A stretch of 64,000 nucleotides of DNA from contig CBDCDS010000003.1 in the NCBI GenBank assembly GCA_965215365.1, positions 1,984,001 through 2,048,000 of the forward strand. The letters are read 5' to 3'. The notes below the pieces were generated by a model. The model worked only from the letters and a program-made list of their open reading frames with translations, had not been told where the DNA came from and did no database searches. Shown piece after piece: positions 1 through 9,411 of the stretch (positions are counted from its first letter, which is position 1; every line of letters starts with the position of its first letter). Both the position numbers and the translations under genes were made by a program. This DNA is from Gammaproteobacteria bacterium. GTDB taxonomy: Bacteria; Pseudomonadota; Gammaproteobacteria; Eutrophobiales; Eutrophobiaceae.

Positions 1-560
1 CGTTCGACGTAGGTGCGAAAGTAATCAGTCAACCATGCGCGCGCCGGAACCCCGGCGTCGTGGACACGTGGATAAAAGCCTTTGAACAGGGTTTGCCAGC
101 GATCCAGCCCCGGCGTTGATTGTGAGCCGGTCGGTTGTGCAGGGTCGAACAGTTCCCGGCCGGTCAATTCGGCTATCGAGAGCGGATAAAGGCGCAACAG
201 GGCGGTGCGTCCGGCTAGGGTTTGTGACACTGATTTCATCAACAGCAGGTTTTGTGAACCGGTAAGGATAAACCTGCCGGGGGTCGGATCTTCATCAACC
301 AACCCCTGTATGTAGGAAAGCAAATCGGGGGCGCGCTGAACTTCGTCCAGAATGATTTTGGAACCGCCGGAGAGAAAACCACGCGGGTCCTCAATAGCCC
401 TGGAACGAACGTCCGGCGCTTCGAGTGAAAAATAACTGTGCCCGGGGAACAGAGCCCGTACCAGGGTTGTTTTACCGGATTGCCGGGGTCCCGTCAGCGT
501 CACTACGGGATTTTGTGTAGCTGCAAGTCGCAGGGCTGCTGAGATATGGCGGGGGAACAT
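1..560 (-). CDS. AAA+ ATPase, AAA_14/DUF4143 family (runs off the window edge)
   Basis: Manual translation from ATG 560: MFPRHISAALRLAATQNPVVTLTGPRQSGKTT (Walker A)...IILDEVQRAP (Walker B)...FILTGSQNLLLMKSVSQTLAGR. Confidence 0.9.
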   Translation of the reverse strand, partial: MFPRHISAALRLAATQNPVVTLTGPRQSGKTTLVRALFPGHSYFSLEAPDVRSRAIEDPRGFLSGGSKIILDEVQRAPDLLSYIQGLVDEDPTPGRFILTGSQNLLLMKSVSQTLAGRTALLRLYPLSIAELTGRELFDPAQPTGSQSTPGLDRWQTLFKGFYPRVHDAGVPARAWLTDYFRTYVE

Positions 561-688
561 GACATGAGGATAGCTTACACTCTGCATTCATGTCAAATTG
601 ATGATCGGATCATGGAACTGACATGACCAATAATGGTTTGAGCTTTATTATCCTTGCAATTCGTAATTGATTATTTCAAAATGCAAGG

Positions 689-832
689 ATGATTGAGCGA
701 AGGGCTAAGCAAAAGGTCAGCGCGGCGCTGGGGCGTCAGGCGGCGGTAGCGCTGCTCGGACCGCGTCAGGTGGGCAAAACCATACTGGCTTATGCGCTGG
801 TGCTTTACTCGGCGAACGGCCGACAAGGATAA
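689..832 (+). pseudogene. Truncated second AAA_14/DUF4143 ATPase (N-terminus only, 47 aa)
   Basis: Manual translation MIERRAKQKVSAALGRQAAVALLGPRQVGKTILAYALVLYSANGRQG*; Walker A present, no Walker B. Confidence 0.75.
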
Positions 833-909
833 ATAACATCCGAGAATTGCTGACGATATTGCTTTACCGTACGCCATTGCCGGCGCTCGGTGATACTTAT
901 CGAAAATGT

Positions 910-2148
910 TCAGACATTAAACGCCGCTTCCAGCTGCTGCTGCTGGCTCCTGTCAATCCCGATTGCACGCGCGACTGAGCGCCATCTGGCGACACTGGTG
1001 AGCACTTGCTTCTTTATCTGTAGCGCCTGCCCCCTGCTGAGCTGAAAGAAGTCAATTACTTCCAGTGCGACATCGTAACTCAGGCTGTTGTCGTTATCGG
1101 AAATATTCAGGTATAAACCGTTGGCTGGTGTGACAGGATTGACATCATAGGCTGGAGACAAGCGCCAGCCGCCCTGATGGTAGATGAATCCGTGGTTTCT
1201 CAGGTGGTCATCCGTATTCGAAATGGCGATGTAGAACACAATACGGCGCCAAAGTTGAGCAAGGTCTTCTTTAGAGTTGCTGCCATGTTCCGTGATAAAC
1301 TGAGCAAGTTCCAGATAACTGGCTTCATAGTTACCATCGTAGTAGCCAAGCTGGGTCATGGCTGAGGTAAAGTGAAGGCGGCTCTCTGTTGTTCGATCAA
1401 ATCGTCTGGTAAGAAAGGTATGGTGGTGGCTGGCAAACTTTTCGGCCCGACTCTCCGCCATTTTTACCCCTGCTTGCAGGGCAAGTTGATAAGCCACATA
1501 CTCCCAGGCGGCAATGTCATAATCATCATATCGGCTGGGAAACTTGGCGATCCACAGGTGTGCTTCGTCGTCGATAACGCCGGCTTTTGGTCTTGCCCCT
1601 CCCAATGAAGAACCTGGCGCCATGAGCATGTGCAACCACTTGAGGTATTCGGGATCATCGCTATCGAGGTTGTGCTCTACCTGTCCGACGGCATGTTCAA
1701 GTTTCCCAAGGGACGAGAGTGGCGGGGTGGCCAGTCTCTCATCGTCATCGAGAAAAGGGCCGTTCAACTCTTGTTTGAATCTCAGTGCTCCGGCCCGATG
1801 CAGATCGTGAACACCCAACAGATAATCGATTTCATTCAGGACTCGGGGAGGACGCCCGCCCTGACGGGCATGAATGGCTTCGCGTCTTTTCATCAACAGC
1901 CGTCCCCAGCGATCAGGACAGGAATCCAGAAACACTCGAAAATTCCTGTCGTGTTCGCCGTGCTGCTCGCCATAATACAGGCTCAAATCAGGATCGATCT
2001 GCCGGGCGTAAGGTGATTGCAACCAGTTCGGATCATAACTGAAGCTGAAATGCTCTTTCTGACGGACGACAGCAGAACGGAGCGTACCGACCAGAACCGG
2101 TTGCTTGAATTCTTCCCAACCTGCAAAAACGTGGACTTCCGCGTTCAT
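910..2148 (-). CDS. HipA-family kinase toxin
   Basis: SSLGGARPK, WIAKFP, ISNTDDHLRNHGF and LSPAYD motifs. Confidence 0.92.
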   Translation of the reverse strand: MNAEVHVFAGWEEFKQPVLVGTLRSAVVRQKEHFSFSYDPNWLQSPYARQIDPDLSLYYGEQHGEHDRNFRVFLDSCPDRWGRLLMKRREAIHARQGGRPPRVLNEIDYLLGVHDLHRAGALRFKQELNGPFLDDDERLATPPLSSLGKLEHAVGQVEHNLDSDDPEYLKWLHMLMAPGSSLGGARPKAGVIDDEAHLWIAKFPSRYDDYDIAAWEYVAYQLALQAGVKMAESRAEKFASHHHTFLTRRFDRTTESRLHFTSAMTQLGYYDGNYEASYLELAQFITEHGSNSKEDLAQLWRRIVFYIAISNTDDHLRNHGFIYHQGGWRLSPAYDVNPVTPANGLYLNISDNDNSLSYDVALEVIDFFQLSRGQALQIKKQVLTSVARWRSVARAIGIDRSQQQQLEAAFNV

Positions 2149-2486
2149 TGGTCATGTCCCCCATTTTTCCCCATCAGTTTGATATCTTGGAGCTTGCGCC
2201 CCAATTTATCGTCATCAGCAACGTCGGTAAAATCATCAGCCAGATTGAGTACGCCTAGCACGGCCAGATAGTGACCGATGGAAACGCCAGGGTCCCCGTG
2301 CTCGATCTTGCGGATGGTCAGGCGGCTCAGCCCGGTACGTTCTGATATCAAAATCTGGGTATAGCCTCTGCGTTTACGCGCCAGTTTGATGTTTTCTCCA
2401 AGGCGCTCCAACACGCGCCTGCTGTTCGGGAAGACGACTGCGGACCGTTTCCCGCCTGGCCTTTTTTTGATCATAATAATTACCAT
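2145..2486 (-). CDS. XRE HTH antitoxin (HipB-like); start may be 2474
   Basis: LGENIKLARKRRGYTQ...TGLSRLTIRKIEHG helix-turn-helix; 4-nt overlap with the hipA-like gene. Confidence 0.88.
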   Translation of the reverse strand: MVIIMIKKRPGGKRSAVVFPNSRRVLERLGENIKLARKRRGYTQILISERTGLSRLTIRKIEHGDPGVSIGHYLAVLGVLNLADDFTDVADDDKLGRKLQDIKLMGKNGGHDQ

Positions 2487-2508
2487 ATATTGTAAATATG
2501 GTAATTAT
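2476..2508. promoter_or_regulatory. Candidate autoregulatory operator of the HipBA-like pair
   Basis: Perfect 13-bp inverted repeat ATAATTACCATAT-N7-ATATGGTAATTAT at the antitoxin start. Confidence 0.6.
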
Positions 2509-2819
2509 AGTGACCATAAATGGTTTTGTAAATAATCTGGTTGCTGCTTTGGCTGGTAGCGTGCGTCGCTAACATCGTGTGGGAAGGCTGCTGTCATGGC
2601 ACCCCCCTTGACAGGTCGCTGCAGATGGAAATCAGTCTATCAGGCTGAAGGCGCGCAAGCAAGGACACAGACGTTGAAATAAGACCAGCACCAAGTGCGA
2701 GGATCATGCAGTTGCATTCCGATGGGGGACGCTTACTTGCTTGTTGCGTCGGTTTTGTGAGTCGAATAGAATGGCCCTGATACTCTTGAGGTGACCCGAC
2801 AGCTTGCAATGAAAACCTT

Positions 2820-4247
2820 ATGGACGGAGGAACGAATATGCGTACTGCATTAATTTCGCCTGTAGTCTCCCCGCACGACGGCCAAGTGAAAGGAAGGCAA
2901 TCTTTGCAAGAGAGGTTTGCTTCTCGCCTGTCCATCCATCCCGGCCTGACCCGTAAGGTTGTATCCTGGCAAGGTAATCGGGAGGCGCCTGGTCTCCGCT
3001 GGATGAAGTACAAGGAAGGTTTTTCCGGTGAGCTGGTCGATGCGTTGATAGAGGATGCAGAATCCAAGGCGGTGCTCGATCCGTTCTCAGGCATTGGTAC
3101 AACTGCTCTTGCTGCGGCCGGCCGCGGGCTGGGTGGGACCGGCATAGAGATTATGCCGGTCGGCGTATTGGCGAGTAAAGCCCTGGCTTGTGCTGCAAAC
3201 GGATTGAACCCGAAGGTATTTGAAAGAGAAGGACGAGCCTTGTTAGAACAAGTGGAATCCGGCCGTACGCCTGACAGTCAATTTGCATTCCCTCACGTTC
3301 GTATTACTGAGTCGGCTTTTCCGGTGGAAACCGAAGCAGGCTTGACCAAAGCTCGAGAATATATCGCCGGCGTTAAAGATTCTGCCAGTGCATTGATGCT
3401 GGATTTTGCCTGCATGAGTGTCTTGGAGAATATCAGTTACACCCGGAAGGATGGGCAATATCTGCGCTGGGATTATCGTTCGGGACGAAATTTGCGAGCC
3501 CGGATGGATAAAGGGCCGATTCAACCCTTGCCGCAGGCATTGCGGGGAAGATTGAGTGAGATACTGCATGATATGGAACCATTGAAGTTGAAATATGGCG
3601 CAAGGATGCCAAAATTCATCTTGGGCTCCTGTCTGAAAGTGCTGCGGGATTTACCGGAAGGCGCATTTGATACGGTAATCACCTCTCCTCCCTATGCCAA
3701 CAGGTACGACTACACCAGAACGTATGCGTTGGAACTTGCATGGCTTGGCTGTGGTCAGGAAGATTTCTCTGGCCTGAGACAGGACCTTTTATCGGCGACA
3801 GTGGAAAACAAATCAAAGATGTCCTGGCTGGAAAGCTGTTATGGAAATAACAAATTGCTGAAAGACGCCCTGTGCATGTTTGAAGAACAGAGCGCGCTGC
3901 AGGAAGTGCTGTCGATACTTGAAGGTCACGTAAAAGAGCTTTCCAATCCTCACATAATTCGCTTGGTCAGGGGCTACTTTCAGGAAATGGCTATAGTTGT
4001 TTCTGAACTTGCCCGAGTAGTACGCCCGGGTGGCGCAGTATATATGGTAAACGATAATGTTCAGTATCACGGTGAGGAAATACCGGTAGACCTGATTCTG
4101 TCCGATTTTGCAGAGCAGGCCGGGTTTAAGTGTCAACACATCTGGTTACTGGCGCGAGGAAAAGGTAATTCAAGCCAGCAAATGGGTAAGTTCGGGCGTC
4201 GGGAAATCAGAAAGTGCATGTACAAATGGGTCAGAGCGCATGGCTAA
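2820..4247 (+). CDS. N4-cytosine DNA methyltransferase, M.AvaI/M.BsoBI-like
   Basis: Motif I DPFSGIGTT precedes motif IV TSPPY; NRYDYTRTYALEL and GKGNSSQQMG blocks. Confidence 0.85.
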   Translation: MDGGTNMRTALISPVVSPHDGQVKGRQSLQERFASRLSIHPGLTRKVVSWQGNREAPGLRWMKYKEGFSGELVDALIEDAESKAVLDPFSGIGTTALAAAGRGLGGTGIEIMPVGVLASKALACAANGLNPKVFEREGRALLEQVESGRTPDSQFAFPHVRITESAFPVETEAGLTKAREYIAGVKDSASALMLDFACMSVLENISYTRKDGQYLRWDYRSGRNLRARMDKGPIQPLPQALRGRLSEILHDMEPLKLKYGARMPKFILGSCLKVLRDLPEGAFDTVITSPPYANRYDYTRTYALELAWLGCGQEDFSGLRQDLLSATVENKSKMSWLESCYGNNKLLKDALCMFEEQSALQEVLSILEGHVKELSNPHIIRLVRGYFQEMAIVVSELARVVRPGGAVYMVNDNVQYHGEEIPVDLILSDFAEQAGFKCQHIWLLARGKGNSSQQMGKFGRREIRKCMYKWVRAHG

Positions 4248-5172
4248 GCTGGACGACGCGAAAAAACGTTCATCAGTTTTATCGAATAGAATCAAGCAAA
4301 GGACAGACGTTAAACTGCAGAGGCTCATAGCAGTATTTGAACAACAACTGACCTTTGTATCGCCGGACGATCTGATGGTCAGCGAGAAAGCATGGAAATA
4401 CGTCGAATCATCCGGCATCGATCCCAAACAGGTATTTGCCCATCCCGACCTGCTTTATCATCACCCGGAGACCTCTGAGTATTACCGTGGCATTGCGTTA
4501 TTGTCCCGCAAACGAGTAGCTGCAATAGCGACATCGGTGGATACGTGGGAAGACCCCGAACGCAAGAGCCAGGTGAATAAAGATAAATGCAAGGAGGTCG
4601 CCAGACTCTACAATACGGTAATCTCTTCTATCATTGAAGGGACCACCGACTGGACACTTGATAACGGTTATCGAAACATCATCGCTAACATGGGTATTGG
4701 GCTGGACGGCTCCATTCGCAACCTTATCGGCCAGGACGCTGAGCATATCGTCAAGGATCGCATTCGGGACTGGCTTGACAGTCGGGGATTGATAACCGAA
4801 AGGGATGAACGAGGAACCGAATTCAAGCTGCTGAAGGGTTATTCAATGCACTACGGTTCGGAACCCGATATTGAATTCAAGCAAAACGGAGACGTGATCT
4901 CAACCATTGAGATCAAAGGAGGAACTGACCCCGCAGGAGCGCTTGAACGTCTCGGAGCGGTCCAGAAAAGTTTTGAGGCTACACCTCCAGGTTCCATAAA
5001 TTTATTAATTGCCGGAATTGTAACTGCTGAAATGGAGCAGCGTCTGAACAGTCTCGGTATTCGCAAATACTTCCTCTTGGATGAAGTCGCACAAGATGGA
5101 AAGGCCTGGATAGATTTCCTGAACGAGGTTTTTCACCATGTGGTGCGAATCACTGGTGAGATAATTGAGTAG
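4240..5172 (+). CDS. Type II restriction endonuclease (XcyI / AvaI-BsoBI-like PD-(D/E)XK)
   Basis: SEPDI...IEIKGGTDPAGALERLG; ATG 4240 overlaps the methyltransferase stop by 8 nt. Confidence 0.8.
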   Translation: MAKLDDAKKRSSVLSNRIKQRTDVKLQRLIAVFEQQLTFVSPDDLMVSEKAWKYVESSGIDPKQVFAHPDLLYHHPETSEYYRGIALLSRKRVAAIATSVDTWEDPERKSQVNKDKCKEVARLYNTVISSIIEGTTDWTLDNGYRNIIANMGIGLDGSIRNLIGQDAEHIVKDRIRDWLDSRGLITERDERGTEFKLLKGYSMHYGSEPDIEFKQNGDVISTIEIKGGTDPAGALERLGAVQKSFEATPPGSINLLIAGIVTAEMEQRLNSLGIRKYFLLDEVAQDGKAWIDFLNEVFHHVVRITGEIIE

Positions 5173-5344
5173 CCGGGATTAGATAGCCGTGAGCTGCCTG
5201 AAATTTAGAAGTGCCTTACACGCAGAACACCTTCTTCACAAGTACGGTAAATCACAAGCGCCAGGATCATGTAATTCCACTCCGACACAACAGGGCGTGT
5301 TTGTGTGTGAGAGTGAGAGAGTAACAAGAGAGTAACAAGAGAAT

Positions 5345-6476
5345 TGTCCGGGTTCAGAAACAAGTGAGACTCTTTAGATAAAGAAATCGGGTAGTCTGTG
5401 TGTGAATTAATCTCAACTAATTGACACAGGAGGACTACCCGATGCAGATCAAAAGCCTGCGGGTGAAATCATATCGCAGTTGGCGCGTCGATGATACTAC
5501 CGATGCTGACGCGCGCGGTCGTTTGAAGCAGTTGGAATTGGTTGCGACGTTACGCGAGGATGGGTGTGGTGAGGCGACGGCACTGGCAGCAGTAGGTTGG
5601 TCGAGGGCGACCTACTACCGTTGGTTGAAGCGGTATCGTGAACATGGGCTGAAGGGTCTGGGGTGTGGCTCTCGTGCGCCGCGGCGGCGGCGTGTGCCGC
5701 AATGGACGCGCCAGCACGAGCAGCAGGTCTTGCACCTTCGCCAACGTTATCCGTTATGGGGTAAGCGTAAGCTCTGGCGGGTGGGGGTGCGCGAGCAGGG
5801 CTGGACTTTGAGCGAGAGTACGGTCGGGCGCATCGTGGCGAAGCTGGTGCGGCTGGGTCGGGTCAAGCCGGTGGCGTTTTACTATGGCCGGGTGAAGCCT
5901 AAGCGCCGCCGGGCGTTTACCCATCATGCCAAGCGCTGGCGCTACGGGATGAAGGCTAAGGCGCCAGGGGAGTTGATGCAGATAGACCACATGAGTGTCG
6001 GCTTCACGGACGGCATCACGGTGAAGGAGTTCAAGGCCGTCTGTCCGGTGAGCAAATGGAGTGCGCTGCGAGCCTACAGTCGGGCCACCAGTGGCAATGC
6101 CCGGCGCTTCTTAAAAGCGCTGCTCGGTGAGGCGCCGTTTCCCATCCGTTCTATCCAGGTCGATGGCGGCTCGGAGTTCCGAGATGAGTTCGAGCAGGCT
6201 TGCCAGGACTTAGGAATCCCCCTGTACGTGCTGCCCCCGAAAAAACCCGAATACAACGGCTGTGTAGAACGCGCCAATGCCACCAGCCGCTATGAGTTCT
6301 ATCCGTTCTACGAGGGCCCACTGACCGTGGCCGCCATCAACCGCAAACTGGCAGAGTATCAGCAATACTACAATACCTACCGCCCGCATGACGGTATTGG
6401 TTTATTAACCCCAATGGAGTATTATCAACAACTCACACAGCCTGCCTCTGAGTCTCATATGTATTGAACCTGGACA
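5345..6476 (+). mobile_element. IS481-family insertion sequence, 1132 bp
   Basis: TGT...ACA ends; inverted repeats TGTCCGGGTTCAGAAACAAGTGAGACTC and TGTCCAGGTTCAATACATATGAGACTC; AGAAT duplicated at 5340-5344 and 6477-6481. Confidence 0.9.
5442..6467 (+). CDS. IS481-family DDE transposase
   Basis: HTH SRATYYRWLKRY; QIDH, QVDGGSEF, NGCVER, YNTYRPH; AGGAGG RBS upstream of ATG 5442. Confidence 0.9.
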   Translation: MQIKSLRVKSYRSWRVDDTTDADARGRLKQLELVATLREDGCGEATALAAVGWSRATYYRWLKRYREHGLKGLGCGSRAPRRRRVPQWTRQHEQQVLHLRQRYPLWGKRKLWRVGVREQGWTLSESTVGRIVAKLVRLGRVKPVAFYYGRVKPKRRRAFTHHAKRWRYGMKAKAPGELMQIDHMSVGFTDGITVKEFKAVCPVSKWSALRAYSRATSGNARRFLKALLGEAPFPIRSIQVDGGSEFRDEFEQACQDLGIPLYVLPPKKPEYNGCVERANATSRYEFYPFYEGPLTVAAINRKLAEYQQYYNTYRPHDGIGLLTPMEYYQQLTQPASESHMY

Positions 6477-6523
6477 AGAATTTTCAATCTCCGCTTGTCT
6501 GTGTTAGCATAACCACTCCAATA

Positions 6524-6597
6524 CCGGCCTGAGGAGCGTTGCGATGGGGATGGCCCCACCAGGCTCAGGCCGACCGTTATAGATAACGACGCTCGCT
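6524..6597 (+). ncRNA. SAH riboswitch
   Basis: CCTGAGGAGCGTTGCGA-hairpin-CCAGGCTCAGG...AACGACGCTC pseudoknot pattern directly upstream of ahcY. Confidence 0.88.
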
Positions 6598-6616
6598 TGA
6601 TTTTGAGGAGACCAAA

Positions 6617-8032
6617 ATGAGCGCTGTTATCCGTACTGTATTTTCTGACTACCGTGTTGCTGACCTGTCCCTGGCCGACTGGGGGCGCAAGGAAATCCGC
6701 ATTGCCGAGACCGAGATGCCGGGGCTGATGGCGTTGCGGGATGAGTTTGCCGCACAGCAACCCCTGCGCGGCGCGCGTATTGCCGGTTCCCTGCACATGA
6801 CCATACAGACCGCAGTGTTGATCGAAACCCTGGCGGCCCTGGGCGCGGACCTGCGCTGGGCGTCCTGCAACATCTTTTCCACCCAGGACCACGCGGCTGC
6901 GGCCATGGCCGAGCAGGGCATCCCCGTGTTTGCGCACAAGGGGGAAACGTTGGAGGAGTACTGGGAATACACCCACAGGATCATGGAATGGTCCGATGGC
7001 GGCACGCCCAACATGATCCTAGACGATGGCGGCGACGCTACCCTGCTGGTCACCTTAGGCGCCAAGGCCGAGCAGGACCCGTCGGTCCTGGATAATCCGG
7101 GCAGTGAAGAAGAACACTACCTGTTCGCCGCTATCAAACAACGGCTCAAGTCAAAACCGGGCTGGTATGCCCGCATCCGCGACAACATCATCGGCGTGAC
7201 GGAGGAGACTACCACGGGCGTGAACCGCTTGTACCAGATGAAGGAGAACGGCGCTCTGCCGTTTGCGGCCATCAACGTGAATGATGCGGTGACCAAATCC
7301 AAGTTCGACAACCTCTATGGCTGCCGTGAATCCCTGGTTGATGGCATCAAGCGCGCCACCGACGTGATGGTCGCCGGCAAGGTTGCAGTAGTGCTCGGCT
7401 ACGGCGATGTAGGCAAGGGCTGCGCGCAGTCGCTGCGCGGGCTGGGCGCGACAGTCTGGGTGACGGAAGTGGATCCCATCTGCGCGCTGCAAGCGGCCAT
7501 GGAAGGTTACCGGGTGGTGCGGATGGACGAGGTATGCGCTGAGGCAGACATCTTCGTGACCGCCACCGGCAATTACCACGTGATTACCCACGAACACCTG
7601 CTGGCCATGAAAGATCAGGCCATCGTCTGCAACATCGGCCATTTCGATAACGAAATCGATGTGGCCTCGCTGCAGGATTATCGCTGGGAGGAGATCAAAC
7701 CGCAGGTGGACCATATCATCTTCCCCGACGGCAAGCGCGTTATCCTGCTGGCCCAGGGGCGCCTGGTGAACCTGGGCTGCGCCACCGGCCACCCCAGTTT
7801 CGTCATGTCCAACTCATTCACCAACCAGGTACTGGCGCAGGTTGAGCTGTTTCGTGAGCGCGACAAGTATCAGGCCGACGTTTACGTGTTGCCCAAACAC
7901 CTGGATGAAAAAGTGGCGCGGTTGCACCTGCAACGTATTGGTGCACAACTCACCATGCTCAGCGAACAACAGGCCGCCTACCTGGGCGTTGGTGCACAAG
8001 GGCCGTACAAGCCCGAGCGCTATCGTTATTAA
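6617..8032 (+). CDS. ahcY: Adenosylhomocysteinase
   Basis: [39 protein letters not shown]. Confidence 0.98.
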   Translation: MSAVIRTVFSDYRVADLSLADWGRKEIRIAETEMPGLMALRDEFAAQQPLRGARIAGSLHMTIQTAVLIETLAALGADLRWASCNIFSTQDHAAAAMAEQGIPVFAHKGETLEEYWEYTHRIMEWSDGGTPNMILDDGGDATLLVTLGAKAEQDPSVLDNPGSEEEHYLFAAIKQRLKSKPGWYARIRDNIIGVTEETTTGVNRLYQMKENGALPFAAINVNDAVTKSKFDNLYGCRESLVDGIKRATDVMVAGKVAVVLGYGDVGKGCAQSLRGLGATVWVTEVDPICALQAAMEGYRVVRMDEVCAEADIFVTATGNYHVITHEHLLAMKDQAIVCNIGHFDNEIDVASLQDYRWEEIKPQVDHIIFPDGKRVILLAQGRLVNLGCATGHPSFVMSNSFTNQVLAQVELFRERDKYQADVYVLPKHLDEKVARLHLQRIGAQLTMLSEQQAAYLGVGAQGPYKPERYRY

Positions 8033-8043
8033 ACGCTTGCCAG

Positions 8044-8137
8044 ACTTATTGAGAGCCATCATGTTTCATAAGGTAACCTCGTGTTTGTGAGAGGTGATCG
8101 CAATGCAACAAGCGGCTTGGTGAGATATGCGGGCTAA
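8044..8137. repeat. Right end of MITE family A with a family-B palindrome nested at 8069-8099
   Basis: 8044-8072 and 8108-8137 match 51303-51363; the intervening part matches 55727-55794. Confidence 0.7.
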
Positions 8138-8960
8138 ACTCAGCTTTGAGTTTTTTCCGCCTAGGACTCCTGAAGCGGAGCTGAGCCTGCGCGCCACCGT
8201 GACCCGGCTGCAACGCCTGCGCCCGGACTTTTTCTCGGTGACCTTCGGCGCCGGCGGCAGTACCCGGGACAAGACCCTGGAGACTGCGTGCGGCATCAGC
8301 GCGGCCACCGGCATTGAAGCGGCGCCTCATATTTCCTGTATCGGCTCTACCGAAGCTGAGCTCAGGGACATATTGCAAACCTATCAGCAACACGGTTTTG
8401 AACGTGTCGTGGCGTTACGCGGCGACCTGCCGTCCGGCCTTGCCGGCGCCGGTTCGCTACGCTTTGCCAGTGAACTGGTGGCGTTTATCCGCCGCGAAAC
8501 CGGTGCCCATTTTCATATCGACGTGGCCTGTTATCCGGAATTTCACCCTCAGGCCAGGAGTGTGCAACACGACCTGGAAAACCTGAGAAGAAAAGTGGAC
8601 GCCGGCGCCAACGGCGCCATTACCCAGTATTTTTACAATGCCGACGCCTACTTCCGCTTGCTGGAAAGCTGCGCGGCGCTGGGGATCGATATCCCCATCG
8701 TCCCCGGCGTCATGCCGATTACCAACCGTGACCAGTTGCTGCGCTTTTCGACCCTGTGCGGGGCGGAAATCCCGCGCTGGCTGTTAAAGCGCCTGGAGGA
8801 CTTCGGCGATGATCTCAACGCCATCCGCAGCTTCGGCATCGACGTAACCACCCGCTTGTGCGCCCAACTGCTGGACGGCGGCGCGCCCGGCCTGCATATC
8901 TACACCATGAACAAGGCCGAGGCCTCCGCAGCAATCTGGGAGGCGCTGGAGCTGACGTAG
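8127..8960 (+). CDS. metF: 5,10-methylenetetrahydrofolate reductase
   Basis: SFEFFPP, SVTFGAGGST, ALRGD, YPEFHP, AITQYFY. Confidence 0.96.
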   Translation: MRAKLSFEFFPPRTPEAELSLRATVTRLQRLRPDFFSVTFGAGGSTRDKTLETACGISAATGIEAAPHISCIGSTEAELRDILQTYQQHGFERVVALRGDLPSGLAGAGSLRFASELVAFIRRETGAHFHIDVACYPEFHPQARSVQHDLENLRRKVDAGANGAITQYFYNADAYFRLLESCAALGIDIPIVPGVMPITNRDQLLRFSTLCGAEIPRWLLKRLEDFGDDLNAIRSFGIDVTTRLCAQLLDGGAPGLHIYTMNKAEASAAIWEALELT

Positions 8961-8976
8961 GTTTTATTCCTATGTC

Positions 8977-9216
8977 TCAACCGCGCAAGGTCTCCGTAAG
9001 CGCTTCGACGGCGCGAGCAATAACGGCATCTTCATCTATCACAACTGTGTAGTCGGTACGCATACTCAGACGCCGCCAGAACTCACGAAAAGAATCGGTC
9101 TCATAGACCGAATCGATCCTTCTCACTCGGCGCTTGCGGGGGTGTTTGCCTTTCTTTTTGTGCCTTGTCTGCGCGCCAGAAGCAGTTGTTCCGTAAACAT
9201 CCTTGATTTCACTATC
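8977..9216 (-). pseudogene. Start-less fragment resembling part of a type III restriction Res subunit
   Basis: Open frame SEIKDVYG...PRKRRVRRIDSVYETDSFREFWRRLSMRTDYTVVIDEDAVIARAVEAL; resemblance judged from memory. Confidence 0.45.
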
Positions 9217-9411
9217 TCACATAGCGTACAGCAAGTTTTTCTGACCCCGGCATTCGGGCTTGATTCAGGTTTGAGAACAGGTTTTCTCAAATTTGCGTAA
9301 AATTTTATTTGCAATCCCGGTTACAGGGATATACACTGTCGATATTAGGTAGTCCACGACGCTGCGGCGGGTGGGCTGTTATCTTGGAAATGCAGGAATT
9401 TGTGGGGTGTC

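Noticed and set aside
4108-4239. Upstream extension of the restriction nuclease
   Set aside because: It overlaps the methylase C-terminus; the coupled ATG at 4240 is more plausible.
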